Made by a program: the position numbers and the translations under genes. DNA of 63,892 nucleotides, counting the filler, from Craspedostauros australis (lineage: Eukaryota), in NCBI GenBank assembly GCA_030167865.1. It is 12 parts of 12 records of this genome, joined end to end, with 100 filler letters (N's around TTAATTAATTAA, not from the genome) between each part and the next. Parts side by side here need not be neighbours in the genome. Positions count along the whole stretch, not along the records: positions 20,044 to 22,574 come from JALAGF010004530.1; positions 22,675 to 25,454 come from JALAGF010004531.1; positions 25,555 to 27,640 come from JALAGF010004532.1; positions 27,741 to 42,305 come from JALAGF010004533.1; 8 more parts are not named here. One strand, written 5' to 3'. The notes beneath the pieces were generated by a model. It searched no databases. It had not been told where the DNA came from and was given only the letters and a program-made list of their open reading frames with translations. This document shows positions 22,563-33,953 of the stretch, one piece after another (positions within the stretch are counted from its first letter, which is position 1; each line of letters opens with the position of its first letter).

Positions 22563-22674
22563 GTCTCTTGGGTANNNNNNNNNNNNNNNNNNNNNNNNNN
22601 NNNNNNNNNNNNNNNNNNTTAATTAATTAANNNNNNNNNNNNNNNNNNNNNNNNNNNNNNNNNNNNNNNNNNNN

Positions 22675-23113
22675 GGAATTGTGAACAACACGATGAAACA
22701 ACGACGCACACGGGCCATGGACATGCGATTCTACTGGGTACGCGACCGCGTCCAGCAGGGCCAGTTCATCATATATTGGGCCCCAGGAGCCGACAACCTC
22801 GCCGACTACTTCACCAAACATCATCCGGCAGCTCACCATCGCAAAATGCGCGAAGTCTACCTCAAGCCCACTCCAGACAGTGGCAAGGCAACAGGACAGA
22901 GCATGCTGGGAGTTCCGCGAGGGTGTGCTGATTCCAGTCCCGCCCGTGACTCGCCTGTCCATCGCCAGAACGCTATGCACCTCGCGCCCACTTTTCTGCT
23001 AGAGACAGGCAAGCTACGATCAGGAATCCTTTCCGCAACTCCAGCGCTAATCAATACAATCTCTCATAAATATTAGCGAACAACATTGATTCACTCACTC
23101 AGTCCTATTGACA
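22675..23113 (+). mobile_element. Copia 3' end: RNase H C-terminus, PPT, short 3' LTR (~22924-23113)
   Basis: RAMDMRFYWVRDRV...NLADYFTKHHPAAHH; GCGAGGG|TGTG; candidate end CTATTGACA. Confidence 0.85.
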
Positions 23114-24146
23114 GTAACTGTTGTTGTTGTTGTTGTTGGTGGTGTTGGTGTTGGTGTTGGTGTTGTTATTGTTGTCGTGACGTCAGGTCCTGTTGTTGAT
23201 GTTGATGTTGCAGATGATGTGGGTTGTGTTTGTGTTGTGCTCAAAGAAGCGGAGCCACCACAGCGCACCCACGAAGGAGGAACAGCGGTATAGCCAACGT
23301 TGTCGCGTGATCGAGATCAGCACCGAGCGACTTTCACGTCGCTGGTCGAAGTCGGGCAGAAATGGAAACATTCTGCCCATGACGGTTCGAATTCGCAGAG
23401 GTGTGTCCAAAGGAGCCGAAACAATCAGGTCCGCGCACTCCAAGCCGCACGAACACGAACATGACGAAAGGGAACAAGGAATGCGAAACGAGGGAATTCA
23501 CGAACGAACCTGTCTGAAGGCCCCGGCATTGTGCTGCTTAGAGACTCAAAACGTCCAAATGTCGATGTGACAGCACAATCGATGAGATTTTTCATCCTGT
23601 AGTGAGACCTCGCGAGTATAGGCCATCTGCATCATTGTGAAATAGGGCAGAAACGCAACACACGCGATCGTTCCAATCGTCATGGCTTGCGACTACAAAT
23701 GGAACCGGCACGTGTGGAATCCAACGAAAGGAGCCCATGCACTTATACTTCTATTAATGCGCATCCTAAACCTGCCTGACCATTTTCTCACGTATTCGAC
23801 AATGTACGAACCAAGTACGCACAGGCGTGGTGAAAGCAATCAGTTCAGATCGAACGAAGTAGATTCAGGAAGCAACGAGTCGTAAGCAAAGGGGGGAAAT
23901 GATACATATTCATGTGAAACGGCTTCGAATCGAGGGATTCTGAACCTAGTCATCGTGTGAGTGTGACTTTCTGCTACGGCACACACTGCACTGTAGACCA
24001 ACTGTTCATGGATGTCAACGTCAATCCCAATCCATTCACGCACTGCGCCCACTCCAACCACACCCCAGAGAGTGTGGCCACGAAGTGTGCGGCCTTCACC
24101 GCATCTGGAAGGCATTCAAATGGGATGAACACAATATCACATCATT

Positions 24147-24950
24147 TGTCGAGACGTACATGTGAGTATATGTCGAGATGTACGTGTATATGTGCATCGT
24201 TCACCCGTTATTCTCTCATACGCACTTGGACGGTATAACTACATTCGTGTCGATAGTATGCTGTGATTCGTCAGAATTACAATGGAAATGGAGCACACGA
24301 AAAGGGGCAAGATTTCTGGAGGAAATTTGCAATCGACGATTTCTGAAAGAATTAGAACATCGTCCGTCCATCCATCAATGGTACCAAGAGAATCTCGAGG
24401 TACTTCCCAACTAAACCTCAGATGACGATATCATCTGACAGNNNNNNNNNNNNNNNNNNNNNNNTGACATCTGGAGAGCAGAAGGACACCTACTGACGTT
24501 GACAGGATGTCATCATGTCACCACGTCGACATCTGTCTCCAAGTCAGAGCAGGAGGCAAAGATCCAATGACCGAAGAGGATCAGCATCATGGATACAGAA
24601 GGTGAACTTCAAATGGTAAGTACTCATGGAGTAGGAACCAGTACTGAACGAACAGAGTGTCGAATGCGGAGTACGTATCGAACACGGAGTATCGTGTAGC
24701 ACGAACACACAATGTTGAGAGAGAGAGAATACAGAGAGAATACAGAGAAGAGCAAGAGAGCATCTCGCGTACCAACTCATAGTCGGAGACCGAATCTACA
24801 AAATAGACTGAAGCGCCAAGAGCATCGGGCAAGAGAATGGGCGTACACCAAGAGGATCGGAGTAACCAACTAATGGAATAGCAAACGAACAACTATCAAC
24901 CAACACCATCTTCCACGATCGTAGGTTACCGTGAGCGGAACTTGCCAACA
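24147..24950 (+). mobile_element. Copia LTR family B, copy 2: solo LTR with TSD ATCATT
   Basis: TG...CA ends; ATCATT at 24141-24146 and 24951-24956. Confidence 0.92.
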
Positions 24951-25051
24951 ATCATTGTGTGAGTGTGACTGTATGTTACGGCACACACAGCACAATGGAT
25001 CGACTGTTCATGGATGTCAACATCACAATCCAATCTAATCAGTCATCAAGT

Positions 25052-25393
25052 TGAGATTCAATGAGGGACAGACTAGTACCGAACACGGTATCAACCCGAT
25101 GGGAGAAATTCCTGTTTTGGCGCGAAATCTTCCGACTTGATTGACCACCAAACCTTTTTCTCCTCCTTTCTCTCCTCCATTCACGAATCCATCATGACTC
25201 AAACCTGACCGACCTGACTCACACCCCACCTGGGAACTATATGCTCTTCAGATCCTCCTTACTAAAACTTATCTCGATTCCTTCATTGCTGATGACNNNN
25301 NNNNNNNNNNNNNNNNNNNNNCATGCGTATCCAACTTGCTTCAACTCAAGCAATGGAATCCGAGTGTCAGCTTCAGCCACAGCCACTGCTTCA
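25052..25393 (+). mobile_element. LTR related to the 3' LTR at 46172-46485
   Basis: Shares the ordered blocks TTTTGGCGCGAAAT, TGACTCAAA, CACCTGGGAACTATATGCTCT, GTGTCAGCT and CTGCTTCA. Confidence 0.65.
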
Positions 25394-25554
25394 TGACCGT
25401 CACCACTGATTGTCATGACCTACACTGCAGTGTAACTACATGTGCGGAGAGCAANNNNNNNNNNNNNNNNNNNNNNNNNNNNNNNNNNNNNNNNNNNNTT
25501 AATTAATTAANNNNNNNNNNNNNNNNNNNNNNNNNNNNNNNNNNNNNNNNNNNN

Positions 25555-26484
25555 CAGCAGCTGAGCCGCTGCTGGCATGGCACTCGAAGATAGGCCCTCG
25601 GTTAGGTTCTGGCTGACACTCATACTTCCCGCATTGCTTATAGCTCCAGTGACGAACTTACTGTAACGGCGCTGGCTTGTGGAGTGATGAGTGATCGATC
25701 CGTCTTCATGGATCGTTGCGTTGGGCGCGAGGATGGCAAGGGCCGGCACCACCTTGATGAGCGGAATGAATCCATCCGTGGGAAAGGCTTCCTTGACGCA
25801 TCGGCGGATTCGATCGAGCTCTTCTNCCGGTCCGCGCTTGAGTTGAGACGTGAAGTCGCGCATGGCCTGGATGAGGGCGGAGAAGGGATCGCTGCCACCG
25901 GTGTACTCGTCGTACTTGCCGCGCAGCACGTAGCAGCAGGTGCAGGTGTTGGCCGCTGCCTTCTTCTTATCTTCTTCTCTCTGCTTGTCGGTCTTCTGCT
26001 TTGGCTCTGTGTTGCAGGTGCAGCACTCTTGCAGAAAGTGATCGATCAGGGCTGATTTACCAGTTCCGCTGATACCCCATACCAGCACGGCGGGGTACAC
26101 GTTTTCATTGGCATCAGTCTCTTGCGAGCTCTCTTCTTGTATGGTCGGCTTGGAGGGAGAGTTGGCAACATCGTCGGCATTGCGAGATCGCGATGATCCC
26201 ATGACCTTCTTGTTGACACGGTGGAGCCGCGTCAGTTCCTTTTCTCGTCCGAGAAAGCACGAACCCGATCGCCATGGTGCGGTTTCCTTCGATCGATGCA
26301 GTTTCCTAGTTGGATCGGGAGACTTGTTGGGATTGTCCATGGTGGAAGGAGACGGCGGGCTGTCGTTGTTGCTGTTGTTGTTGTTGTTGTTGCTGTTGCT
26401 CATGTCAGCCACCATGGTGGTATCGTATGTGAGCTCAGTGGCGTGGAGCACTTGGCTTGTTGCGGGTTCGACGATCGATGACAT
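25555..26484 (-). CDS. Paralog of the STAND NTPase, N-terminal part (truncated by contig end)
   Basis: FLGREKEL, YPAVLVWGISGTGKS and CTCCYVLRGKYDEYTG..D.FSA..QAMRDF..QLKRG are nearly identical to the 13823-18466 protein. Confidence 0.88.
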
Positions 26485-27740
26485 GGTGGTGTGGGTCGTA
26501 TGGAACATACGAGTAGCTCGTGCGAGTGGAGTGTGAGTATTTTGTGCCCTCCTTTTGAGGTTTGGAATGTGGAATGAAAGGAGCGGCTTAGGTGAGAAAG
26601 CGTTCCCTTCTTGTTGCTGGCGCCAATACCGTGTGTTCGCGAGAAGGTCGCTTCCGCATCTCCACAGGGTGCGCAGCGTGGTTAGTGGCGAACAGAACCG
26701 TCCCAGTGAACCACTGGAGTACTGGCTGTGTAGTTGTTGTGTTCCTTGCAACGTCGAGTAGCGAGGAAGCGAAGGTTCTCTGCTACCTTGTAATGTCCTG
26801 TATCTGGAATGACTACTTCACGAGATCCTGCTCTGTCTGCAAGACAACGTCATGATAACAGACACTTCTCTTTCCATCAACGTTTGCGATCGTCGTCAAT
26901 CGTAGCAATCAACGCTTGACATGCGCGGTTCCACAGAAGCTGTTTGGCTCGTCAAGAACACGTTCGGGACCAAAACGCGCTGCTTCCGGTACGAAATCAG
27001 GTTTCCTGTTTATGTCAAGGGAGAATACCACTCCTCAAACGGATGTGTCGCGCAGCGCGTTATTCTACCAGCTTCGAGATTTAAGCTGGGCTCCAGATCG
27101 CCAGTAGTCGCTCTTCAATCGTGAGTCTCACGAGACTCTAATACGACACGTTGATGACATGACTTCAAGACTTCGAAAGACCATCGCCGAGATCGCGAAT
27201 CGGTTTCGCAAGACCACGAAGAACAATCGTGGTGATCACAAATCAGCTTGTTCGGGACCGACCGTCTGCTCTCTAGAGTCTAGAGTGGCTCATATCGCAG
27301 GAGCTAGAGATGCCTCTCCAGAAACATGGAGGAGTACTACCTCCAGGTCGCAGTTGATGCACTCACGATAACACTAGTTGTGGAGTTTTGGCCCCTTGTT
27401 GTCACTGGTTTGCTTGCTTTTGGGAGAAACGGCGATTGGATANNNNNNNNNNNNNNGTGTTTGCTCTCGCTGATCCGTCTTCTACGTCACAGGGAACGTA
27501 TTCCACGTCATGAGAAACGAGTCACAACAGAGGAAGAGACATCGTGTGACTCTTCCTCTGCAAGACAACGTGATGACTGTGCGAAGCAACAACAGAATGT
27601 GCCAGGCCAGGACAGCCAACAACACTCCACGTTGACCAGTNNNNNNNNNNNNNNNNNNNNNNNNNNNNNNNNNNNNNNNNNNNNTTAATTAATTAANNNN
27701 NNNNNNNNNNNNNNNNNNNNNNNNNNNNNNNNNNNNNNNN

Positions 27741-28752
27741 GAGATCTCTTACGTCACAGAAGCCTTCACTCATCCGGTCGCCCCAGAGCTTCGTGGTGGA
27801 ATCCAGCTTGCCAACAAGCATGATTCCAAAAAAACACCCACAATTCGCGCTCTGATACAGGTTGTTCGTTGCGACGGCCACCAACATCAATTACACCTGC
27901 ATTGATTCGCCTGTTGAGAGCGTCAATTTGTCGCTTCCAATCACCTGGCCACAGATGTTGCACCAGTCCCAGCAGGTTGATGCGGTCACGGTTGGTGTCA
28001 TCTCGCAAACATTTTTTGCCGAAGTCAAAACCTGCCACACCAAGCTTGGTTTGAGGCTCGTCGTCACGGTGTTGAATATAATTGTCATCAACTACTGTCC
28101 ATGACACTGCATGCTTCTGCTTGCCAACTGTGACTGTAGTATTCATCAATTCATTCTTCTCCTCCATGTGTGAGTATCCTGCTGGCTCTTGTTCGCGTAG
28201 CATGACGTAGTCCAATTCATCACCCGCGAGCAAATCGCCTGTGCTCGGGTCAAAGGTTGAATGCAGGTCACCTGTTGCATCATCGTCGGCGCAAATCGAG
28301 ATTCCTGGCGCAGATCCATCCGTGTAGAGGTTGGAGACGTCCATGTCTGCGCCATGGCTGGCTGATGTGCTGTTAGGAGGGGATGAGACATTGGCAGGTT
28401 GCGAATAAGACACGTCACTGAGCGTTGATGTGGTGTGACAGAGCTTGTGGTATCGCGAAGTCTTGTACAGTTTGTCTAGATCAGCTGATCCTTTCCCAAC
28501 ACTCTGCGTGCGGATGAGCTCCTCGACACAGCTGCTGTCCAANTCGACTCGCGTCTTGTCCAGGAGGGTGAGCTTGGTCCCTGCATGTTGACACACTGCA
28601 TTGATGGAACGCCAGTGCACAACCCAGTGATTCTTGGGGAGGGACTTAAGGACGACACCGTACAGGACGCTTCGGACCTTGCCCTTGCTGTTTGCAGAGG
28701 TCACAAGAGGTCCGCAGGGACTAGATACGTGGCTTCCAGGGCGGATCTTCAT
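27741..28752 (-). mobile_element. piggyBac-like (DDE_Tnp_1_7) transposase N-terminal half, frameshifted at ~27830
   Basis: LLGLVQHLWPGDWKRQIDALNRRI...VSERELWVFF continues as GIMLVG...KLW in another frame across a T7 run. Confidence 0.65.
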
Positions 28753-29797
28753 GGTGCGCTATTCGATGTAGAGCAGATAGGGAGCATGATGAGGCCGATC
28801 AAGCAAGGGAAGGGTTGACACTACACCTGATGTTGTTGCCATCATCGGAGCCGTGGCAGTGCATCCTGCTCGTGACGTCATGATGGCGCGAAAACGAAAA
28901 TCATCTTCAGTCGTGCTTCCGAGTGCGGATCCGAGTGGTCAAATATCATTCCGATCTCCATGGGAGCACTAAACGCAAGCATACCTCCATACCATCGCAC
29001 TCAAACACAATATAGACCATATGGTTGTGACCGCCTCGGAGAGAGGATTCTTAAATGATATCTATTGTACAGATTGAGCCAAANNNNNNNNNNNNNNGAG
29101 ACTTCAAAGATGGAGAGTCGAATTTCTCGAACAAAAGAGGCATGATCCTACCGGACTCCTGTAGAATTCTACGTGTAACCAACTGTAACCAATGAGATCC
29201 AAAAAAATCCAGTCTGTCCGTCGTCCGATGGAAAAACCACACCAAGGGGGTCAACAAACAGATAAAGATCGACAAGATGGTAGTAACAACAAGATAATGT
29301 TATTGCTTTCCTGGATAGCCCTGAGTCTTAAGTTTAGATAGATGCAAAGAGATGTTCGATTGAGTGTCTATAACTTTAAGTCTGAGATCGGGAAAATTGG
29401 ATCCAAAATCTGTAACCAATTGTAACCAATTGTAACCAATTTTTGGGGTCCGGCTCTTTGAGGCACTTGGGTTCTTGCAGAGAAGATCGAACTTTGGGAA
29501 CGAACAACCATGTCTCCAATGCGTTTTCATTCTTGGGGGACTGGCTGGGAGTCCCAATCTGGAACCTACAGAAAACAAGAACAAAGCTAGAGATTGCAAC
29601 AACAACAATCAGGTATTATTATTCTGGTGCCGTACCTCATCTAATCGATGGTGCCATACCAAGACCATTCACCGACTAACACATGGGTATGGGCATGCAA
29701 TCATATTCTTAGTTTCATCAGTACACTCTACTGTATTCTCAACTGCTATCACTGGATTCCTTCAAGCTGGCAGGCCCTCCCTCACTTTTCGACCGAC

Positions 29798-31225
29798 TCA
29801 AGGATGCTGCGATTCGCAACAGCTATTCCAACGCTCGATCTGGATTTTGACAGCTTCGACCATGCTATGAGCTGGCGCACACAAAGAAGCACTGCGTGCA
29901 GTTTCTGCATCTTTGTGCGATGACATATTCTTGGTCTCGGCGATCCTGTCCATTCCGAGGTAGATGTAGGTATGATTCACACCGGAGATCGCGGACAGAG
30001 AACCGAAGTAATCCACGCCGCCGTAGCCATGTGGGAATACCTCAATCACTGAGCTGCAACGCTGCATGAACGGAATGCCGGTGAGATGAGCTCCGTGAGG
30101 CGAAAGCAAAATGTCGGCGTTGTTGAATGCCTCCACCTGCTCCTCGAATGACAGAGTCTCGAAATAGAGAACTGGTGGTTTGTATGGCAGCTTCAATTCG
30201 TCCTGAAGAATGCTTGACATGTTGTGGGCACCTAACAGTTGCCTTCGGGTTTTGCGATTCACGATCACAATGCGGGGCAGCTCGATTCTCGTGTTATCGT
30301 TGCCTTCCTCGTTGTGTATTGTCATCGACCTGTGTTTCTCCTCCGTGGGATCCGTCCTTCCGCAATATTGATCGACATACCGATGCAACCCGAGCGCGGG
30401 CAAGGCGCTTTGCCTCAGGTTGTCCATGTCGTCATCGCGATTGGTTTCAAATCGAATATTTTGAAGCACAAAGACCATGAGCAGAGCCTGATGACGATGC
30501 CTATTCTCATCCTTGTAAGAACGGGCCGTCTGGTGCATGATCGAGATATTGTTTGCCTGCAGCACTTTGTGCATGCCTCTGCTGAAGGAAGAGGTGAGAA
30601 AGAACTTGCGAAACATTTTCGGACGGATGAAGAAGAGGCGTTCGGCATGCGGAAAGTGCCTCCACAGCGACCAGCATCGATAGATGACTTCCATCTGATG
30701 GGGGAAGTGGTGGACGTTGTTGTAGTTCGTGAAGCTGCATCCGACTGTTTTGATTCGGTTGGTGGGAGCTACGGCTCCTCGTTCTAACGCACCCATGCGG
30801 CTGTCATTTTCTTCCTTCCATGCATCGTTGAGTTCCCCGTGATCCACATCGAACATTTGGTCTATTGGGTGTGATGCAGGGTAGTCGGTGACGTTGTAAA
30901 CGTACGGCAATGTCGTATTCAAAATATCGCATTCGTTTGGTTGCAACGGATCAGTCGGCCATTGCAACATGAATTGCGGAAATTCCGTGATGTTGTGCTC
31001 TCGCTGGGACGATGTGACTGGGCTTGGATTGGGGAGAGCGTAGTCGTCCAAGTATTCGGACTCCACAATGCCTGAGTGTGTGAGGGACTTTGCTTGCCTG
31101 AAAGAGAGTGACGTTTGTAGGAAAGCAAAGGCACCCGCGAGGGCAAGCATGGACATGATCGTCCCGTTCCTCCTGTTGATGGCACAAGACGTGGCGACGA
31201 TCGTTGTGACTGGGGGCGGCTCCAT
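29798..31225 (-). CDS. Glycosyltransferase family 61 (DUF563), type II membrane, copy 1
   Basis: TM near the N-terminus; HHFPHQME..YRCWS.W; IVIVNRK; YFETLSFEEQV...DILLSPHGAHLT...VIEVFP. ORF is open to 31525; probable ATG at 31225. Confidence 0.9.
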   Translation of the reverse strand: MEPPPVTTIVATSCAINRRNGTIMSMLALAGAFAFLQTSLSFRQAKSLTHSGIVESEYLDDYALPNPSPVTSSQREHNITEFPQFMLQWPTDPLQPNECDILNTTLPYVYNVTDYPASHPIDQMFDVDHGELNDAWKEENDSRMGALERGAVAPTNRIKTVGCSFTNYNNVHHFPHQMEVIYRCWSLWRHFPHAERLFFIRPKMFRKFFLTSSFSRGMHKVLQANNISIMHQTARSYKDENRHRHQALLMVFVLQNIRFETNRDDDMDNLRQSALPALGLHRYVDQYCGRTDPTEEKHRSMTIHNEEGNDNTRIELPRIVIVNRKTRRQLLGAHNMSSILQDELKLPYKPPVLYFETLSFEEQVEAFNNADILLSPHGAHLTGIPFMQRCSSVIEVFPHGYGGVDYFGSLSAISGVNHTYIYLGMDRIAETKNMSSHKDAETARSASLCAPAHSMVEAVKIQIERWNSCCESQHP

Positions 31226-31372
31226 GCTGGCTTCAACGCCTGAAGACCGGCTACTCGTACTCGCACACTGTCGACGGTTGGAGATGGTAGCCGTCAAGTG
31301 AATGGTTGTCGCGAAGAGAAGGCCACGACCTTGGGCAAGCGGAATCAGATGCGATGTTGGTGTTGCTGTTGG

Positions 31373-31413
<41 letters not shown>

Positions 31414-31855
31414 ATACGGTGGGTGGAAACGATGCATGCATGGTGCGAGGATGATTGCATCCACGTTGCTTTGTCTTCGTTTCGCACCCAACGCACCGCC
31501 GTTGGCGCTGCGAGGTTCCTGGCACTCCTTTTTACTCACACTCTGTGGGGTGTACTGGCCGACACGCGATGCAGCAAATGACGGGAAGAAGTGCGTGTCA
31601 TGGTACATCCCAATCGGGTGACATTATTCACCTGTTTTCATAAAATGGCTTATTCTCCAATGTGTTTTGCCTATTTTCTCGTCGCAACACACAAAAAGCC
31701 ACCAACATTGGGAATTTTGCAGACGAATCTCCGAAACAGGCCAGAAATAATCGTTTGGTGGAAACGGGTGGAAGAATGGTTCGAACTTCAGAGCGAAAAC
31801 AACCATCATTACTGGATTCCCTAGTTGGCAGATCCTTCCTCGCTTCTCGACCGAC

Positions 31856-33265
31856 TCAGCGATGCTGCGATTCGCAACACCGATTCCATTGTTGGATCTG
31901 TGTGTGGACGGCTTCCACCATGCGATGGGCTGGTGCACACACAGAAGCTCTACGCGCAACCTTTTGCTCATCCGGAGATGACGCGCTCCGAGTTTCCGAC
32001 ACCATATTGGCACCGAGGTAGATGTAGGAGTGATGGACGCCAGATATCGCGGCCAGCGCTCCGAAGTAGTCCACGAGTCCATAGCCGTACGGGAATACTT
32101 CAATCACCGAGCTGCACCGTGGAAGGAAAGGAATTGACGTCAGCTGTGCGCCATGCGGTGTCAGCAATATGTCGACGTTGTGGAATGCCACCACCTGCTG
32201 TTTGAACGACAGCGATTCGAGGTAGAACACGGGCGGTGTGTACGGCAAGCTCAATTCAGCCTGCAGAATACTGGATACATTTTGCGCGCCCAGCATGGTT
32301 CTCCTGCCTCTGCGATTGATGATCGCGATACGTGGGACCTCCATTCGTTTGCTCTCATGCGTTCCATTCGTCGGGGGTTCGATCCCACAGGCCCGGTCGT
32401 GGTATCGGTCCAACCCGAGCACACGCAACGTACTGCGCCGCAAACTGGCCATGTCGTCGGCGCGTGCTGTCTTGAACTCCCAGTCTTTCTTGGCGACGGC
32501 AACGATCAGCCCCTGCTTGTCCGGCGTGTCTGAATGCTGTTGATACTCTTCAAACCTTTCCGCAAGGACTGAGACGTTGTTTTGCTTCAGAATGTTCATC
32601 ATGCCTTTGCTGAACGCAGATCCAGACACAAACGTGTCGTACTTTGCCGGTCGGATGAGGAAGACGTGCCTCGCCTTCGGAAAGTGCCTCCACAAGGACC
32701 AGCATCTGTAGATGGTCTCCATCTGGTGTGGGAAATGGTGCATGTATCGGTAGTCTGTGAAGGTGCACACGACTGTGTGGATTGGGTTGGCTGGTGCACG
32801 AGGAGGTCCCAGCAACTCCCCGGCAATGTCACCGTCTACGTCCGTGTCCACGCGCATTGCCACGCTATCGTTTTCATCCCATGCTTGTGCGAGATCGCCG
32901 AAGTAGCTTTCGAACATTTCTTCCTTTGGGTAGGATCTGGGGTGATTCGTGAAGTTGAAGGTGTGCAGCATGGTAGCATTTTGGATGTCGCACTGTGATA
33001 CTCCATCGTCGTGCACTTGCCGTTGCACCATGAAGTGTGGGAAATTCATAATGTTGCGATTCCGTATCGGTAAGTCATGGATTTGCAGAGTTGCATCGCT
33101 GGTGTCCGGCTCCACCGCATCATTGGCGTTGATGGGAACTGTGTGCAAAACAGTCAAGTCACGACGCAAATTCATGAACCATAGGGTTGCGACAACGGTG
33201 AACAAGAAGGGATGGTGGCTTCTCCAGCAGCGCGGGGCAACGGGCGTAGCCTCGGACGATGACAT
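31856..33265 (-). CDS. Glycosyltransferase family 61, copy 2
   Basis: Same motifs (HHFPHQME, IAIINRR, SFKQQV, PHGAQLT) and an N-terminal TM. Confidence 0.92.
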   Translation of the reverse strand: MSSSEATPVAPRCWRSHHPFLFTVVATLWFMNLRRDLTVLHTVPINANDAVEPDTSDATLQIHDLPIRNRNIMNFPHFMVQRQVHDDGVSQCDIQNATMLHTFNFTNHPRSYPKEEMFESYFGDLAQAWDENDSVAMRVDTDVDGDIAGELLGPPRAPANPIHTVVCTFTDYRYMHHFPHQMETIYRCWSLWRHFPKARHVFLIRPAKYDTFVSGSAFSKGMMNILKQNNVSVLAERFEEYQQHSDTPDKQGLIVAVAKKDWEFKTARADDMASLRRSTLRVLGLDRYHDRACGIEPPTNGTHESKRMEVPRIAIINRRGRRTMLGAQNVSSILQAELSLPYTPPVFYLESLSFKQQVVAFHNVDILLTPHGAQLTSIPFLPRCSSVIEVFPYGYGLVDYFGALAAISGVHHSYIYLGANMVSETRSASSPDEQKVARRASVCAPAHRMVEAVHTQIQQWNRCCESQHR

Positions 33266-33953
33266 TCTGTCTCAAGATCTGTTGGTACCGTCCTCTGTCA
33301 CTCAATGCAGTGGGCGTATTGTGCCTTGTTAGTCTCCGCCAGTGCGTTCTCAGCGGGTTGCTGATCGTCGGTCGGTCGAGTGTGATTGCAAGGTTTTGAT
33401 TATGGAAGTGTTGCGTAGGTGGAGCAAGCGCCTATGTTTTGTGAACAGAAGCGCTGGTGGGGGTGTCAGAGACCTACGGAATTCGGTAGAGCGCCTTCGT
33501 TTGCTCCCGGAGTATTCTTTCCAAAATGTTAGCGGCAATCAAAGCTCTCTACCGCTGCGAAGTACAGTTGGAGTATTGCAACGATGATTGTTGTGCGCCA
33601 GCGCCACAGCGTTCGTGATGTCATTGTTGGGTGTCTCGGCGGGAGACAAACGAAACGAAAACAAAACAGGCGTTGAATTTTGTGAGATTGTTACCTGGAT
33701 CGGAACTCGTGACCCGCATTCCCGTATTGACAGAAGGAATCGAGACTCTGGAATTCTCACAGTTTGCTTTGTCGTGACGGAAGCAGTGTGAGGTATAACA
33801 TGTACAATACGAGCAATGGCACTCTCCACGGTGTAGTATCTCAAGAGGCTGGTGCGACACAGCCGTGTTCCAAGTAGCTCTCAGTCAATCTTCCACGCTT
33901 CACTCCCCAATCCATTGCCGCTTCGACGACAAAACCACATCTCTCACCCATCC

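Noticed and set aside
27826..27836. Programmed ribosomal frameshift in the piggyBac ORF
   Set aside because: A single extra base in a T homopolymer is more simply a mutation or sequencing error, and no stimulatory structure was identified.
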